A DNA stretch of 64,000 nucleotides, taken from the NCBI GenBank assembly GCA_038087875.1, contig JAXLNO010005352.1, positions 124,001 to 188,000 of the forward strand, given 5' to 3'. The position numbers and the translations under genes are program-made. The DNA is from Malacoraja senta (Eukaryota). The stretch's first letter is position 1, and every line of letters begins with the position of its first letter. The notes under the pieces are model-generated. The model was not told where the DNA came from. It made no database searches and saw only the letters and a list, made by a program, of their open reading frames with translations. This document shows positions 1 to 13,296 of this stretch, piece after piece.

Positions 1-3000
1 ACAGGGATGTGTCCTGCTCCTTGCCTGACAGCTCCAAGATTGATGGTTTAAGATAGCAGGCACCAGAATGAAATACTGGTGCTTTGACTGTTTATTTGGC
101 TGTATCAGCAAACATAAACACACCCCATCTCTTCGTTTGTGACCAAACTGAATTATTCTTAGATGGATACCATTTACTAAAATCAAAAGTAAACAGTAAG
201 ATATTCTTCCCCCCATCTTCCCATTAAACACAGCCTCATCTTTACTATCAGTGATAGCAGACTAATGCAAACCCTCATGATCCATTGATTTGGGGCCCAT
301 CCTAATGTTACTGGCACAAGGGCAAAGGTCGCTAGGGGAACAGCAGCAACATCTTAACAAGATTATTCTGACAATCTCTTATGAACAACAGGCAGATCAC
401 CAGATGCTCTACTTTGGGTTGCAAAATCATAATGCAACAATATTTAGCATTTTGATTAAAATAGGCATCGTACTAACCTAACCCAAACAGTCTGCCTAAA
501 TACTACCTATAGATCAAGTTACTTCCATCTTCCTGCACCTCATAATACAACTCAAAACCTGTTCTCCGCTGAAATCCTGAAGTCCATAGTTTCATCATTG
601 GTACCATTTTAAAATAAACATTGCTATTGAATCCAAGTTGTATCCTTTAGAAGATGATGCAATCATCAACAAGGAACATTAACAAGCCTCACCTTATGAC
701 TTACAATATTATCCTGTAACACTTTGGGCACTTGTTACGAAAGGTAAAAAAGAAATTTAAAAAAATTTAGGGCTCTCACTATTTAATTGCAATTCTCAAT
801 CTGAGTCGTTTACAGGAAAAATCATTTAAAAGTTCTATAAAGTACCTTCATTAACAGATATGCCCGTAGATTTTGTTTTCTTGATCAAGCTATTTCACTT
901 TTAATGCTCCGACAATTGACTTAGACATGCATTTACTGAGGTGCTCTGGCCATTTTAACTGCCTGGTATTGATTCCATAATGAACGCCGCCTAACCCAGG
1001 GAGAATGATTTGGTGGCCAGCAGGCTTTTGCTAGGCACAGGCACATCAGGAGCTCATGGCAAACACGTCCAGCAACAAGCTTCAGTTGCAATTTAGATCC
1101 AGAGACAAAAAGGAAATGTGCCTCAGCAGAACACCTTTTAGGGTTTGATTCACGTTTAACATATTGAAATTCAAAGTATTTTTGGATGCACCTGCTCACA
1201 ACTTTACATTCTCTCCAAAAATATTAAAGTCACCAAAATAAATCAAAAGTGAACAAGTTTCTGATTGGGGAATGGAACCACCAGCAAGCTCTCCTTCTCT
1301 ACCCCACCCCACCCTAGCCCCTCAACCCAGCCCCCAGTTTGAAGGACCCAGTACAAGTTGCAAATTACCCTGTTATTGAATCTGTTTCATCTAGTTCAAA
1401 GTGCCCTTATTTCTCACTAGAATCTAGCAAGGATTACATTGCAGTTCCACAGCACACATTTGCATAGAGATAAGTTAAGTCAACAGAACTGAAATTCCTT
1501 TGTCCCGTGATCACAAAATGGCACTGATGGATGGTGAAGAGAAGTGTGGTCCTAGCAGTGTCCCCGGTCTGATAAAGGGGAGGGGAATGCAATGAGAGTT
1601 TCCATAACAGTGGTGGTGAATGAGGCACAATGAAACACTGCAATGTAAACATCAGACGGTGATTTCTTTATTTTGTCTAAAAATTGGAAGTTTAACAAAG
1701 AAAGATATATCACCTATGCTTTTCCTTGTGGGGACGGGCAGAGTTTTGGTTTGGGAGAATATATAAAAATAATTCATCCTTCTCAAGTCTACAGGCTAAT
1801 CTCAAATTAATTAAGAAGAATTGAATTAAGAATCTGCATTAAACAAAACTTAAATTCACTGAAAGCATCAAGACAGTTCTGTAATAGTTCGGTGGATCAC
1901 AAGAAATTTACAAGTATTTCCAATCAAATAAAATTAATTGAAATGGCAACACTGTGAAAGGAGCTCCCTCAGGAGCATTCAATCCAAACTTAGGTGTTTG
2001 CACTAAATTCTGAAAGGCAGCTAGACATCATTCGTCAGAGGAATGTATAAACCCCCATATCAGTTTATTTACAAGAATCTTTTGGTTTCCACTCTTCTAC
2101 CCCAAAGACAATGATCTGTTGGGGGTAGAAGAGGCGGGGAGAAATAAGGGAGCCAAACAGTCACTGTTCAACTGAGATGGCAATTGTTTCTAAAACACAC
2201 AAGGATCTCATAGCCAAGCTCAAAATATTTTATTCAAGATACATGCAACACATATGCACTAAATCCAGGTGTTACCAATGGCCAGAATTAAGGAGGAATC
2301 CTGACCTTTTCCCATCTTGGTCCAAAAGGCACCAATGCCTTGTGAATGGAATCTGCACTTTTCTGTTGAGTATCCTTCAAAAACATGTTACCTTTATTGA
2401 CCGACCCAACAGAGAAAGTCTTCATGTACTGATCAAAACTAAATGGATTCTGGAATAAGGTAGATTATCAAGGTTCCTACAATGCTATCAGTAGTCAAGA
2501 TTTATTTGTGTTGATCATATGTACAATTCAAACATGTGTTTGGCACAGTCACGATTGGAAGATAGATAAGTGAACTCAGATTGCAAAGGAGCCAGACAAT
2601 TATAAAAGACTAAATTGCATTTCCAAATGGAAAACAGATTCATTGGTTGGCAAAGGATTTGCGACTCATTATTCCTCTGTAGACACTGAGCCCTGCTGAT
2701 GGCCAATACTGGATGACACGCTGTCGTATTGTGAGAGGGTTGGGGGGGACGTAGTGGAGGAGGCTGAAAAAACAGACTTTATTTGGTTTCTGGATTAAGA
2801 TCAGAACTGAGTATCTAGAACTTGGTGAATTTAAGCCTTCACGTTTTTCTTTTTTAATAAATGGTACAACAGTATCTGTAGTTTAATTTGGGAATAAATG
2901 CCTGGTGTGTGAAAAGTAAGCTCTCTTCCCCAACTCTACCAAAGAGAATAGCCTTGCATTTGTAAAGGAAACGACGATGCCAAAGGTTTCTACTAAAATG

Positions 3001-3571
3001 TTACATTTCAGCATAAGTATTTATTATCTGAACTACATAGGGAGAGTCTTAGAATATTCAAGTTAGTTCTACCCCACCATGCAGACTTTCAGTTGAGATG
3101 TTAATAAAACCCACAGTAAAAAAAAAACAAGACAAAAGTGGCTGGGACCGAGATCCATGTCTGCTTAGGAAAGTAATTCATGCACAACGAATCAAAAAAG
3201 GTAGAAAAACACTGAATTATTGCTGATCTGTTATAATCATTATACTCAGAGACATGTACTGGTATAAAGGTGCACATTCTTTTTTCAGAAAAATGTAACT
3301 AATTGGAATTCCAAGTCGAATTATCTCTTACACCAATGGATGTGAACACTATCATTATAAATTAGCAGTGTTCAATCTTTCAAACCATACACAGCATTGC
3401 AGATCGCCAGAATATCCTATCATTATAGATCTGGATTTTAAAAATACAGTATTCTAAGTTCAGTACCAACGATGACAGATGATAAAAACCTGTGTTATGG
3501 ATTGTTAATAAAAAGCTAACCCGTTGGGATGCCTGATATTTCTCTTCTCTTTCTCTAACACAATGGATTAC

Positions 3572-3877
3572 CTTTGACACTGGTAGCTTTTGGGGTTCTG
3601 TGGGATGTCCAGATTGAAGATTCTCCCCAGCCGACCTTGGTTGCTGCAGAGATTCGTACAAGGTAAGTGCTGTCAGGTTCGACGTCTTCAAGCAGGTGGT
3701 CCGATATGGCTCCTGGAAGCTCCACCAAGTGGACAGCGCGCTCTGTGCTTTTACGATAGTGAATGCGATAGGCAATAATACGACCTCTCCTGAACTTGGC
3801 TGGAATGGGAAGCCACGAGATCAGGATGTCGGTTGGGCTACGACTGGTCAAACTGATTTCTGGCACTCTTAGAGGGA
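3572..3877 (-). CDS. PRTG: Protogenin coding exon (probable exon 10), FN3-2, 306 nt
   Basis: Acceptor gatgcag|, donor |gtaat. Translates [102 protein letters not shown]. Confidence 0.95.
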
Positions 3878-4717
3878 CTGCATCGGAAAGAATCAAGAAA
3901 GTAAATGATATTTAAAAGATGTCCATGTAAAAGTGATTATAATATTTAGGAACATTACATTTGGGTGGCAAGAGAATCAAATTACTTCAGCTGCAATCAT
4001 TGTGAATGAAACCTATCTCTGCCAAACTCACTAAAGGCAAGCTGTGGTAATACATACATGTTTAATCCTCTTTCAAAAGTCAGTGGAATCAAATTTTAGA
4101 AGCAGCATTCAACTATTATACTCCATAGTACCATGTGCATAGCATGCAAGAGGATTAATCTGTAATACTGGACTGAGTAAACATAATTTAACACAGCATT
4201 TTAAAATAAGTTCTTAACCTGGTAATTCTAGGGTGAATGCCGAGATTTGTTTCTCCATGTATGCTTGTTTTATCATGTAGACAGTATTTACTCTGTTCAA
4301 TTTCAAGTATCATCATATTCAATGCAACCTAACTTTTGAAAAACAACACCAGCTACAGTTGATTGACTAATAGAAGGATTAAGTTACGATTAGGTTTAAC
4401 CTTATTCATTCATTGTGCCACTTGTACACATTAACAACTTATTTCAGAAATTCTAATACTATTTTCTCTAGTTTGAAGATGGAAGATGCATGCATTTGTT
4501 TTTAATGAATTACTGCAAATAAACATGATCACAACTCCCATATATCACAGGTGGGAGTGGATAAACTAAGCTCCAATTAAAATAAGACTAGGTATTGGTA
4601 AAAAACTTCAAGCATCTCATCCAATTTTAGGATCAGATGGTTCCCGATTTTATTTGAAATAAACTACACCTGTGACTCAATGGCAGAGTGCAATGCCCAG
4701 ATGTTAAATAATCAAGA

Positions 4718-4808
4718 TACACAAAAATGCTGGAGAAACTCAGCGGGTGTAGCAACATCTATGGAGTGAAGGAAATAGGCAACGTTTCGGATCGAAACCC
4801 TTCTTCAG
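4718..4808 (-). mobile_element. Solo Penelope-derived unit with hammerhead-like motif
   Basis: Minus strand reads CTGAAGA-AGGGTTTCGATCC-GAAACGTT. Flanked by aaataa(t/c)caaga at 4706-4717 and 4809-4820. Confidence 0.8.
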
Positions 4809-4861
4809 AAATAACCAAGAACTTTCCAAGCTTTTAGTTGGAAGAAATGGATAGATTTGGT

Positions 4862-5020
4862 TTGACAAAGGGATGTTAAATCTGTGGAATTCATTGTCAC
4901 AGAAGGCTGTGGAGACCAACTCAATTAATATTTTAAAGGCAGAGGTAGATAGATTCTTGATTAGTACAGGCATTAGGGGTTATGGGGAGAAGGCAGGAGA
5001 TTGGGGTTAAGATTGAAAAA
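4862..5020 (+). mobile_element. CR1-type LINE 3' fragment
   Basis: aatctgtggaattc...ttttaaaggcagaggtagatagattcttga...tatggggagaaggcagga, homologous to other LINE tails in the window. Confidence 0.75.
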
Positions 5021-5045
5021 TAAATCTCAGAATAGTTTTTTATAC

Positions 5046-5210
5046 CATCTTCCAAGGTGTGCTGAGTCACATGTTCTGACATTCGACTGGCTCCCATGGG
5101 CATGTAGGCAACAATATAGAACGTGTAGTTGCTGGCTGGTTCTAAATCATCAATAATGTAACGAGTTGTATCATTCCCAATAACCACTTGATATTCCTCA
5201 TTATTTAAAC
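5046..5210 (-). CDS. PRTG: Protogenin coding exon (probable exon 9), second half of FN3-1, 165 nt
   Basis: Acceptor tctccag|, donor |gtata. Translates [55 protein letters not shown]. Confidence 0.95.
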
Positions 5211-6253
5211 CTGGAGAAAGAAAATACTTGTTAATTTGTGAAGCAAGAATAAGTAACCTCAGCAACACATTTATGGCTGTAGTTCTTCTGCAGAAGGTAC
5301 GCAAACAAAAAAATAAGACACAAATCTGTCTAAATATCTCTTAAAATGTGTTATATTTCTGTCTTTTCATTTAATTTTACAGTAAATAATACTTTTCCCT
5401 ATTGCCACAATAATAATGCAATTCTTATTAGAAGTCGATCTTCCAGTCATCAGCTTCATCATTCATTTGCTTCTTAAAGCAAGGCAGAGCATTTTAATGC
5501 AGCCAAAAGCAAAATTATTCCCAATTACATTTTCCCACATTCATGAATAAGCTTGAAAGCCGCTTAATTTGCAAAACCCAGGAGCCCCATACACAAGTAG
5601 TAATTACTGGCTAATAATGAATTTCAAAAGTCCTGATTTCTGACCTATGGAACAAAATCCTTGAAGGAAAATTAAAGAGTCTTGTTACCCTTCTGAATGC
5701 TTCAACAGAACTCATGCTGGGGCTTAACGAAATAACTATAATGGAACACAAAGCAACCATTCGACTGCTAGCTGCACTCTGTAGCCAACACTTTAATGCC
5801 TTCAGAAAACTGGTGGTGCTGCCTGAACACACTTCACCACACACTTTAATTATACCTTCCTGCATTTCTATACTCTCTGTTCTATGAACTCATAATAAAC
5901 ACCTTTCCCTTGAGAAGGTAAACCTTCCACCCGATTTTAATCATCTCAACAGATCTCATTGTTTGTGCAGAGAAGGCTGCTATTCCCATTTGATTAGAGG
6001 GGCTATTCTCTTGTAGTGACCTCTGCCCAGCAACAGAATATTAACAACAGATGGTCATCTTCTCACATTCCAATGAGACACCAGGAAGGGAGAATGTCCA
6101 AGCACAAACCACCAACAAAATGATGATACGTGTAGATTAACTTTAAAACAACCTATTTAGAATATGTACAAACTGATGCTTCTCCTCAAGTTCTGGTTTA
6201 GATGTACCTTTTACAGCATTAAATATTCACAGACATACAAATATAGAGACTTT

Positions 6254-6368
6254 CACACAAAGAGAGAGGGAAGCACACACACTCGCACAGACCCAGAGAG
6301 AGAGAAGAGAGAGAGGCACACACACACACACGGAGGCAGAGGGACACACAGAGAGAGCAGCACAGAGG
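6254..6368. repeat. Mixed (CA)/(GA) low-complexity microsatellite
   Basis: Alternating cacaca and gagaga tracts. Confidence 0.8.
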
Positions 6369-6471
6369 GTGATAATTTTATTTAAAAGCTTCGAACTCTG
6401 TGTTGGCTGAAGGAGAGAAACTAGCTTAAGCAACATCGGCTCCGAGTGTCAGAACGATATTCAAGGCTCAC

Positions 6472-6719
6472 CTTCAGCTTTCATGTAATGGACAGAGTAT
6501 GCAATTACTTTATCGGAATTGTACATGGGCCTTTGCCAAGACAAAAGAATCCCTGAACTCGACACAGTTTCAGCCTGGATGTTTCGAGGTGCACTTGGTC
6601 TGTCTTCAGACATTATAACAATCAATCTGGCCACTGAAAGAACCGATCCTTGTTCATTTTCAGCCACACACTGGTAAATGGCATCATCTTCAGGAATGAT
6701 CTGGTTTATCACCAATTTG
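6472..6719 (-). CDS. PRTG: Protogenin coding exon (probable exon 8), end of Ig4 and start of FN3-1, 248 nt
   Basis: Acceptor tatttcaag|, donor |gtgag. Translates [82 protein letters not shown]. Confidence 0.95.
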
Positions 6720-8273
6720 CTTGAAATAAAAAGAATTTGTTTTATTAACCAAATTATCAACGATAACAAAACTGACAATATTTATTGTAAATAACTAAGT
6801 TCAGTTCTTCACCAATTTATATTTGAAAGTTTTAAAAAGAGGTCATACCTTGGATATTAATATTTGGAATCGTACAGAAGAAAATTATAACAATGTGACT
6901 GATTTACTACCCACACAAGTCCACTAACCACATTTGTACAAAAATACTTAATTTCAGTGCAAAACTGGTTCAATTCTGTTCAAGCAAGCAGCTTTCAATG
7001 AAGACCCTCTCAAATGTGCCCTTTAGTGCAGCTATTCATAAAGTCAACTTGGAACTCCTTGGTGGGATGACACCAGCTTTCATGTCCTGTAAACAATGAC
7101 CCGTAGGGATAATGCTCTACTTTTAGTTTATGGCAACGGTCCATAAGTTGCAAAGCGAGCTGGTTCATGCAACTTTATTGGTTATCTGCACTGTACTGAT
7201 AAGTGGCTCCATCTGAGGTTTCTCAGCCTGTCATTGATTACATTCATTCTGCTGGACTCAGGCCTGCATCAGCAAGTCTAGCATACAAAGCCATAAACCA
7301 GCTCTTTAATATGGCAATATGATATCATAATTAAGGCCAAAAACTCATGCACACTTGGTTATTACTCGGAGAATGGTTATGTTTTCACTACATTGGAATG
7401 CAAAACTTCTTAACATCCACGTTCATCGGGATGTTAAAGATGTTTATGATATGCCATCTCACCATAAAAAGCTGTCAACACGAGCTGTACCACAACACCT
7501 ACAAGAAGGTTGCCTTATTCGTGTCATTTCTTATTAGCGATGGCCAGTCCGTGCAAAACTATCTCTTTAAGATAACTGAAACCTTTTAACAGAGAACGCC
7601 AACAAAACAGGCAACCATGTTCCCATTAAAAATAGCTGACTGACCCAAGTTTCCTAAACTGGACGAGAAAGTTCCGAATCAGGAGTAGGGAAGCAGTGCT
7701 CTGCATGTACTTTGTCCAACAGTCATCCTTGCTCCCAGCCTGATCCCATTCACATCCATCATCACACTGTCAAATACAAATGCAGGAAGTGTAGACGATT
7801 CTTCTTTTCCATCCCGGAACATAATGTCAACCACACCACCCCAGCAGACATGAGTGAATGTACCTGGAACCCACTGAGGCTTTGGCTCTCCACAACAACA
7901 TGTGGCATGTTTAGCAAGCAAAATGTCCATGACTTTAACTGAAGTTTGATACTCTGGGCACAACTATAATTTGATTCCTTCAGCTTTCTTTAGTTTTCAC
8001 AAAGCCAAGGATGCATTTGGCATCATTTAGTTGTGATGTACTGAAAAGAATACTGCATTATAAAGGAGCACCTGGTCACTGCAAACCATGCTGAACAATT
8101 CCTGCTGACAATCAACAATCGTGCACAAATTAACAGAGCTCTCTGTTCCTTAATATCAATGTTGCTACCACCTAGAGCCTGGGAGGATCTGACTATGAGT
8201 TTCCGATTCATATTTCAATTAAACATATGGATTTGTATTGGATGGGGCCCATACCATTCTGGTCAAGCTCATT

Positions 8274-8719
8274 CAATAGACAATAGACAATAGGTGCAGG
8301 AGTAGGCCATTTTGGCCCTTCAAGCCAGCACCGCCATTCAATGTGATCATGGCTGATCATCCCCAATCAGTACCCCGTTCCTGCCTTCTCCCCATATCCC
8401 CTGACCGCTATTTTTAAGAGCCCTGTCTAGCTCTCTCTTGAAAGCATCCAGAGAACCTTCCTCCACCGCCCTCTGAGGCAGAGAATTCCACAGACTCACC
8501 ACTCTCTGTGAGAAAAAGTGTTTCCTCGTCTCCATTCTAAATGGCTTAATCCTTATTCTTAAACTGTGGCCCCTGGTTCCGGACTCCCCCAACATCGGGA
8601 ACATGTTTCCTGCCTCTAGCATGTCCAAGCCCTTAACAATCTTATATGTTTCAATGAGATAACCTCTCATCCTTCTAAACTCCAGACTGTACAAGCCCAG
8701 CTGCTCCATTCTCTCAGCA
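8274..8719 (-). mobile_element. Young CR1-type LINE 3' end (ORF2 C-terminus plus (TCTATTG)n tail)
   Basis: ORF 8347-8778 contains LGLYSLEFRRMRGYLIETYKI...FFSQRVVSLWNSLP...FKRELD, the CR1 ORF2 C-terminus. Confidence 0.9.
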
Positions 8720-8769
8720 GAATCCACATAATTCCACAGAATCCACATAAGGATTTTACCACCAAGGGA

Positions 8770-10275
8770 GGAATACATTTTAGATCAAGTAGATATATCT
8801 CCCAGGCCTGATCAGATAAATCTGAGGACATTGTGGGAAGCTGGAGAAGAAATTGCATGAGCCCTGGCTGAGGTATATGAATCATCATTAGACATGGGTG
8901 AAGTACCGGTAGACTGAAGGATGGCTAATTTTGTGCCTCAGAAGGGCTGCAAGGAAATGCTTTGGAACTATAGACCAGTGAGCCTAACATCTGTGGTAGG
9001 CAAGTTACTGAAGAGGATTCTGAGGGATTAGATATATATGCACTTGGATAGACAGGGGCTGATTTGCAATAGTCAGTATAGTTTTGTACACGAGTGAGTT
9101 TTTTGAAGAAGTAACCAAAAAGGTTTAAGAGGGCAAAGTGATAAGACATATTCCATATGGACTTTAGCAAGACATTTAATAAAGTTCTGCATAGTAGGCT
9201 TCCCTAGAAGGTTAGATCACACAGAATCCAGGGAGAGCTAGCCGACTAGATAGAGAATTGGCTTCATGGAAAAAAGCTGAAGGTGATGGTAGAAGGTTGT
9301 TTTCAGACTGGAGGCCCTAGAGTAGGTGTGCTTCAGGGATTGGTGCTGGGCCCATTGGCGTTTATGGCTCTCGTTAACGATTTAGATGAGAATGCGCATG
9401 GATAATTAGTAAGTTTGCATATGAAACTAAAGTGAGTGGTATCGTAGATAGCGAAGATGGTTATCAAAAATTACAACAGTATCTTGATCAGCTGGGCAGG
9501 TGGGCTGAGGAATGGTTAATGGAGTTTAATGCAGATAAGTGCGAGGTGATACATTTTGGGAAGTCAAACCAAGGCAGGACCCTGAGGAGTGTTGGAGAGC
9601 AGTAGGATCTTGGAGTGCAGATACATAGTTCCCTGAAAGTGGCGTTACAGGTAGATAGGATAGTTAAAAAAGCTTTTGGTACATTGTCCTTCTCCATCTT
9701 CAGTCACAGTATTGAATATTGTTATGATATAGTTACACAAGATGTTGGTGAGGCAGCATTTGGAGCACTATGTTCCGTTTTGGTCACCCTACTATAGAAG
9801 GATGTCATTAAGCTGGAAAAAGTACAGAAAACATTTACGAGGATGTTGCCAGGACTTGAGGGTCTGAGCTATAGGGAGAGGTTTGGCAGGCTTGGACATT
9901 ATATCATTGGAGCGCAGGAAGTTGAGAGGAGATCGTATATAGAGGTGTATAAAATCATAGGTGAATGCTCAGATTTTTTAGACAGAGTAGCAGAATCAAG
10001 AACCAGAGGACATAGGTTTAAACAGAGAGGAGAAAGTTTTAATGGGAAACTGAGGGGCAACTTTTTCCACTCAGAGGGTGGAAGGCATTTGGAATGAGCT
10101 GCCCGAAGAGGTAGTTGAGGCATGTATTATAACAACATTTAAGACATTTGAACAGGGATATGGATCCGAAATGTTTAGCGGGATTCGAGCCAAACATGGG
10201 CAGATGGGACTCGCGTAGATGGGGCATCTTGGCATAGTCAAATTGGGCCCAAGGGCATGTTTCTGTGCTAGATGA
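8770..10275 (+). mobile_element. Degenerate CR1/HER1-like LINE fragment (RT region to 3' end)
   Basis: Nucleotide remnants of NYRPVSLTS, DFSK.F.KV, GV.QG.VLGP and FA.D.K, then MLPGLEGLSYRER and the 3' tail gggcccaagggcatgtttc. Many stops and frameshifts. Confidence 0.88.
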
Positions 10276-10578
10276 CCATCATAATTTTTATATACATATA
10301 TAAAAGTCAAGCAGTTCTGGTAAAAATTGTCACTCAAATTTGGCTTAAAAGAGTTTTAATTTTTACATCCCAGAATATTTTTAATGAAGACAGTTGACTT
10401 TCTAGTTAAACCGTTGTTCACGACGTTTAACCAACCAAACTATTGCATAAGCAGCTACACTTCAGGCAAAAAACTAAATAGTAGACATTTTTCAAACATT
10501 AAAAAAACATTAAAAAAACAAGACATTAAAAAAAAAATTATATTCCATTAGCAAGATTTTTAAAACAAAAAAGCCAAC

Positions 10579-10741
10579 CTGCTATACTGGACCTTAATAC
10601 GTCCATTGGAATTAATCCGTTGTCCGTTCTTCAGCCAACTAATTTTTGGTGTAGGAATACCTTCCGCCTGACACATAAACCTGGCTGTACCAGCACGCGG
10701 GCGTGTCAGACTCTCGGGCCACTCGACAAAGGAAGGTGGTG
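10579..10741 (-). CDS. PRTG: Protogenin coding exon (probable exon 7), first half of Ig4, 163 nt
   Basis: Acceptor tgtttgcag|, donor AG|gttggc. Translates [54 protein letters not shown]. Confidence 0.93.
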
Positions 10742-11559
10742 CTGCAAACAACATGGAAAACATCTTTGAGACCTTTCTTTTGCTCTGGAAAAAGTGTCTC
10801 ACTCAAAAAAATCTAACAATCAAAAATAAAAAATGTGGTGATGGTGGGGGGCGGGGGGGGTGATGGGGAGTGCTGAAGAATTTGCTAAAGTATGATGAGC
10901 CAGTGATGAACTGACACAGGCAAAAGGTAAAAGTAGCAAGAAAAGGGAGTGGGACTTTAAAAAAAAACATAATTGGAGGGTGCTTCAGAATAGCAAGTAT
11001 GGTCCTTTAGGAGAAGCTCAAACCATTCCCACCTGATCATTATTGTGCAACTAACTATGCTAAACCACGCTGAAGTTTTTCATGCTGTTACCTTGTGCCC
11101 AAATTAGATAAGTGTTTCATCTTGCTCAGCAGTAGAATTCTTCATTTTGATAATGTTCACTAACAAATAAGATGTGTAAAAAAAACTATAAATTGCCTCT
11201 ATTGACACCTTATCTTTCACATCCAAATCAGAAACACAAATGGATCAAAAAGAAACAAAAGGGAACACATGAGTGGCTAAACATGTATCAAGGACAATGC
11301 TAATGAACAAGATTCTGGTGTTTTGTTTCAATAAAGGTTTCGTGTTTTCTTTTCATTATCTACCAAAGCCTTTCACACAAACCAAGGTAATTCAGTAGCT
11401 TCTGTTAGTTATCATCCCACTACTCACCAGTCCCTTATGGAATGTCCACTGTGTTCATCCACATTCTTTCATGGATACCAGCTCCATTTCATTACCTTTT
11501 AAAAAGCTTTGCTCTTTTTGTAAATAACAGTAAACAAAATACCATTCCTGTCAACTTGG

Positions 11560-11890
11560 CTTGGGATGGCTGTGCCCTCATTTCTGAGACTGAGCACATA
11601 ATCTAGACCAAAGCGTTTGTGCAGTACTAAAGGGAGTACTGCACAGTCAAAGCACTCTCTCTTCAGATTCTCTAATGGATGCATGACACTATCTGAAGTG
11701 AAGTAGGGAGCTTTCCCAGGCCAATACCCCTCCCTCAACCAATCACACCAAAAATATGAATTGACTATTCTTCATGACGTTCTGACTCAATTTTCCTGTG
11801 TTTATCCATAAAACAATGGTGACACCAACCCAATTCTCTGCACATAAAGGGATATATCTGAGAGATTGGTTCAATGCCGTTATATATAGA
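11560..11890 (+). mobile_element. Ancient DeuSINE-like (SacSINE1/AmnSINE1-type) relic
   Basis: gtgcagtactaaagggagtactgcac and ccctcaaccaatcacacc resemble the Deu domain as recalled; similar to 47030-47310. Confidence 0.55.
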
Positions 11891-12045
11891 GGCTAAACAT
11901 TGTATAATTTTTAACTTACTTAAATTATGAGCATACTTATATTGTTGTTCAAGTTCAAAAGAACAGTGGTAAGCACCTTTAAAAAAAAAAACAAATTCAT
12001 TTACGTAAAGCTAGAATCTTTATCATGGTGTGTTTGTTATCTTAC

Positions 12046-12204
12046 CCAGCACTGTAAGCATAGCTGTTGCAACAGTGTAGTTGCGTGTGCCAGGTGTGGT
12101 GGCCCGACACACATATATTCCAGCATGTTGAACCTTCACATCCGATATCATCAGATTCCCATTCCCCAGAACACGAGTATTGAAGACATCAATAGACCTG
12201 TGAT
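12046..12204 (-). CDS. PRTG: Protogenin coding exon (probable exon 6), second half of Ig3, 159 nt
   Basis: Read manually. Acceptor aaacag|, donor |gtaag. Translates [53 protein letters not shown]. Confidence 0.95.
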
Positions 12205-12300
12205 CTGTTTGGAAATTTATATGCGCGAACCATTAAAATGTGATAATTTAGATTGAAATCAAACTATAATAGCAATTATGAAGTAAATGTTAAACACATT

Positions 12301-12533
12301 TAGAAACATAGAAAATAAGCACAGGAGTAGGCCATTCGGACCTTCAAGCCAGCACCACCATTCAACATGATCATAGCTGATCATCTAAAATGAGTACCCC
12401 CGTTCCTGCTTTTCCCCCCATATCCCAATTCCTTTAGCCCCAAGAGCTAAATCTAACTCTTGAAAACATCCAGTGAATTGGTCTCTACTGCCTTCTGTGG
12501 CAAATAATTCCACAGATTTGCAACTCACTGGGT
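12301..12533 (-). mobile_element. CR1-type LINE 3' end
   Basis: tagaaacatagaaaatag tail and aggccattcggaccttc hairpin, homologous to 53553-54020. Confidence 0.85.
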
Positions 12534-12644
12534 GTTTAAAGTGATCAGCATGGAAAATAAAGCATCTTTTAATATTATTGTCTTTTAAATATTGATTCAT
12601 TGTCACATTTGTTTTTCAAGAGTCACAATACTTGAGGCAAAAAA

Positions 12645-12822
12645 TTAAAACAAACCGATGGAGGAACTCAGTGGGTCAGGCAGCATCTGTAGAGAGAAAT
12701 AGCCAGACAACATTTTAGGTGAGGACTCTTTTTCAGACCCGAATCATCTGTCCATTTCCTTCCACAGATGCTGCCTGACCTGCTGTGTTGCACCGTGTTT
12801 TTTTTACACAGGATCCCAGCAA
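12645..12822. mobile_element. Degenerate palindromic Penelope-derived unit
   Basis: ctcagtgggtcaggcagcatctgt ... acagatgctgcctgacctgctg inverted arms. Confidence 0.7.
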
Positions 12823-12824
12823 TC

Positions 12825-12983
12825 TTGTTCTTGTTCGTGATTAGTACGGGTGTCGGAGGTTATGGGGAGAAGGCAGGAGAATGGGGTTGGGAGGGAGAGA
12901 TAGATCAGCCATGATTGAATGGCGGAGTTGACTTGATGGGCCAAATGGCCTCATTCTACTCCTATTCCTTATGACCTTAAGAC
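12825..12983 (+). mobile_element. CR1-type LINE 3' end
   Basis: tatggggagaaggcaggagaatgggg...gggccaaatggcctcattct tail. Confidence 0.8.
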
Positions 12984-13039
12984 CAATGCAGTCTCTTGTG
13001 TCCCACAGTACTCCAAACTAATTTAACCATTGTGTTATT

Positions 13040-13270
13040 GGCAGGGAAAGGAACAGAACAAAGAGGGCCCCGGCGTGTGGAGGCACTGAGAATAGAGAGG
13101 GACCTGGCATGGAGAAGGAAGAGGGACCATTGGGACTATACTGAATACTTTTGTAACTTTGTCAGCACCCTATGCATAGCAACTCTCTGCATACTTGTGT
13201 ATTGTATACAAAACAAAACCAATTACTGTACTGAGGAAATGTGACAATAAAGTATCAATCAATCAATCAA
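13040..13270 (+). mobile_element. Probable LINE 3' UTR ending in aataaa plus (ATCA)n
   Basis: tgtgacaataaagtatcaatcaatcaatcaa terminal microsatellite tail; family not assigned. Confidence 0.5.
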
Positions 13271-13296
13271 CAGAAAGACAGGAAATGGAAACTCAC

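Noticed and set aside
1-3571. Further downstream PRTG exon (FN3-3)
   Set aside because: No FN3-like translation with splice sites was recognised; the listed ORFs look like random intronic frames.
3380-3778. Alternative-frame ORFs (131 aa minus, 62 aa plus) overlapping the FN3-2 exon
   Set aside because: Shadows of the real exon with no recognisable protein features.
7080-7970. Cluster of short ORFs in moderately complex sequence
   Set aside because: No recognisable motif; may be an old unclassified repeat, but I cannot support a call.
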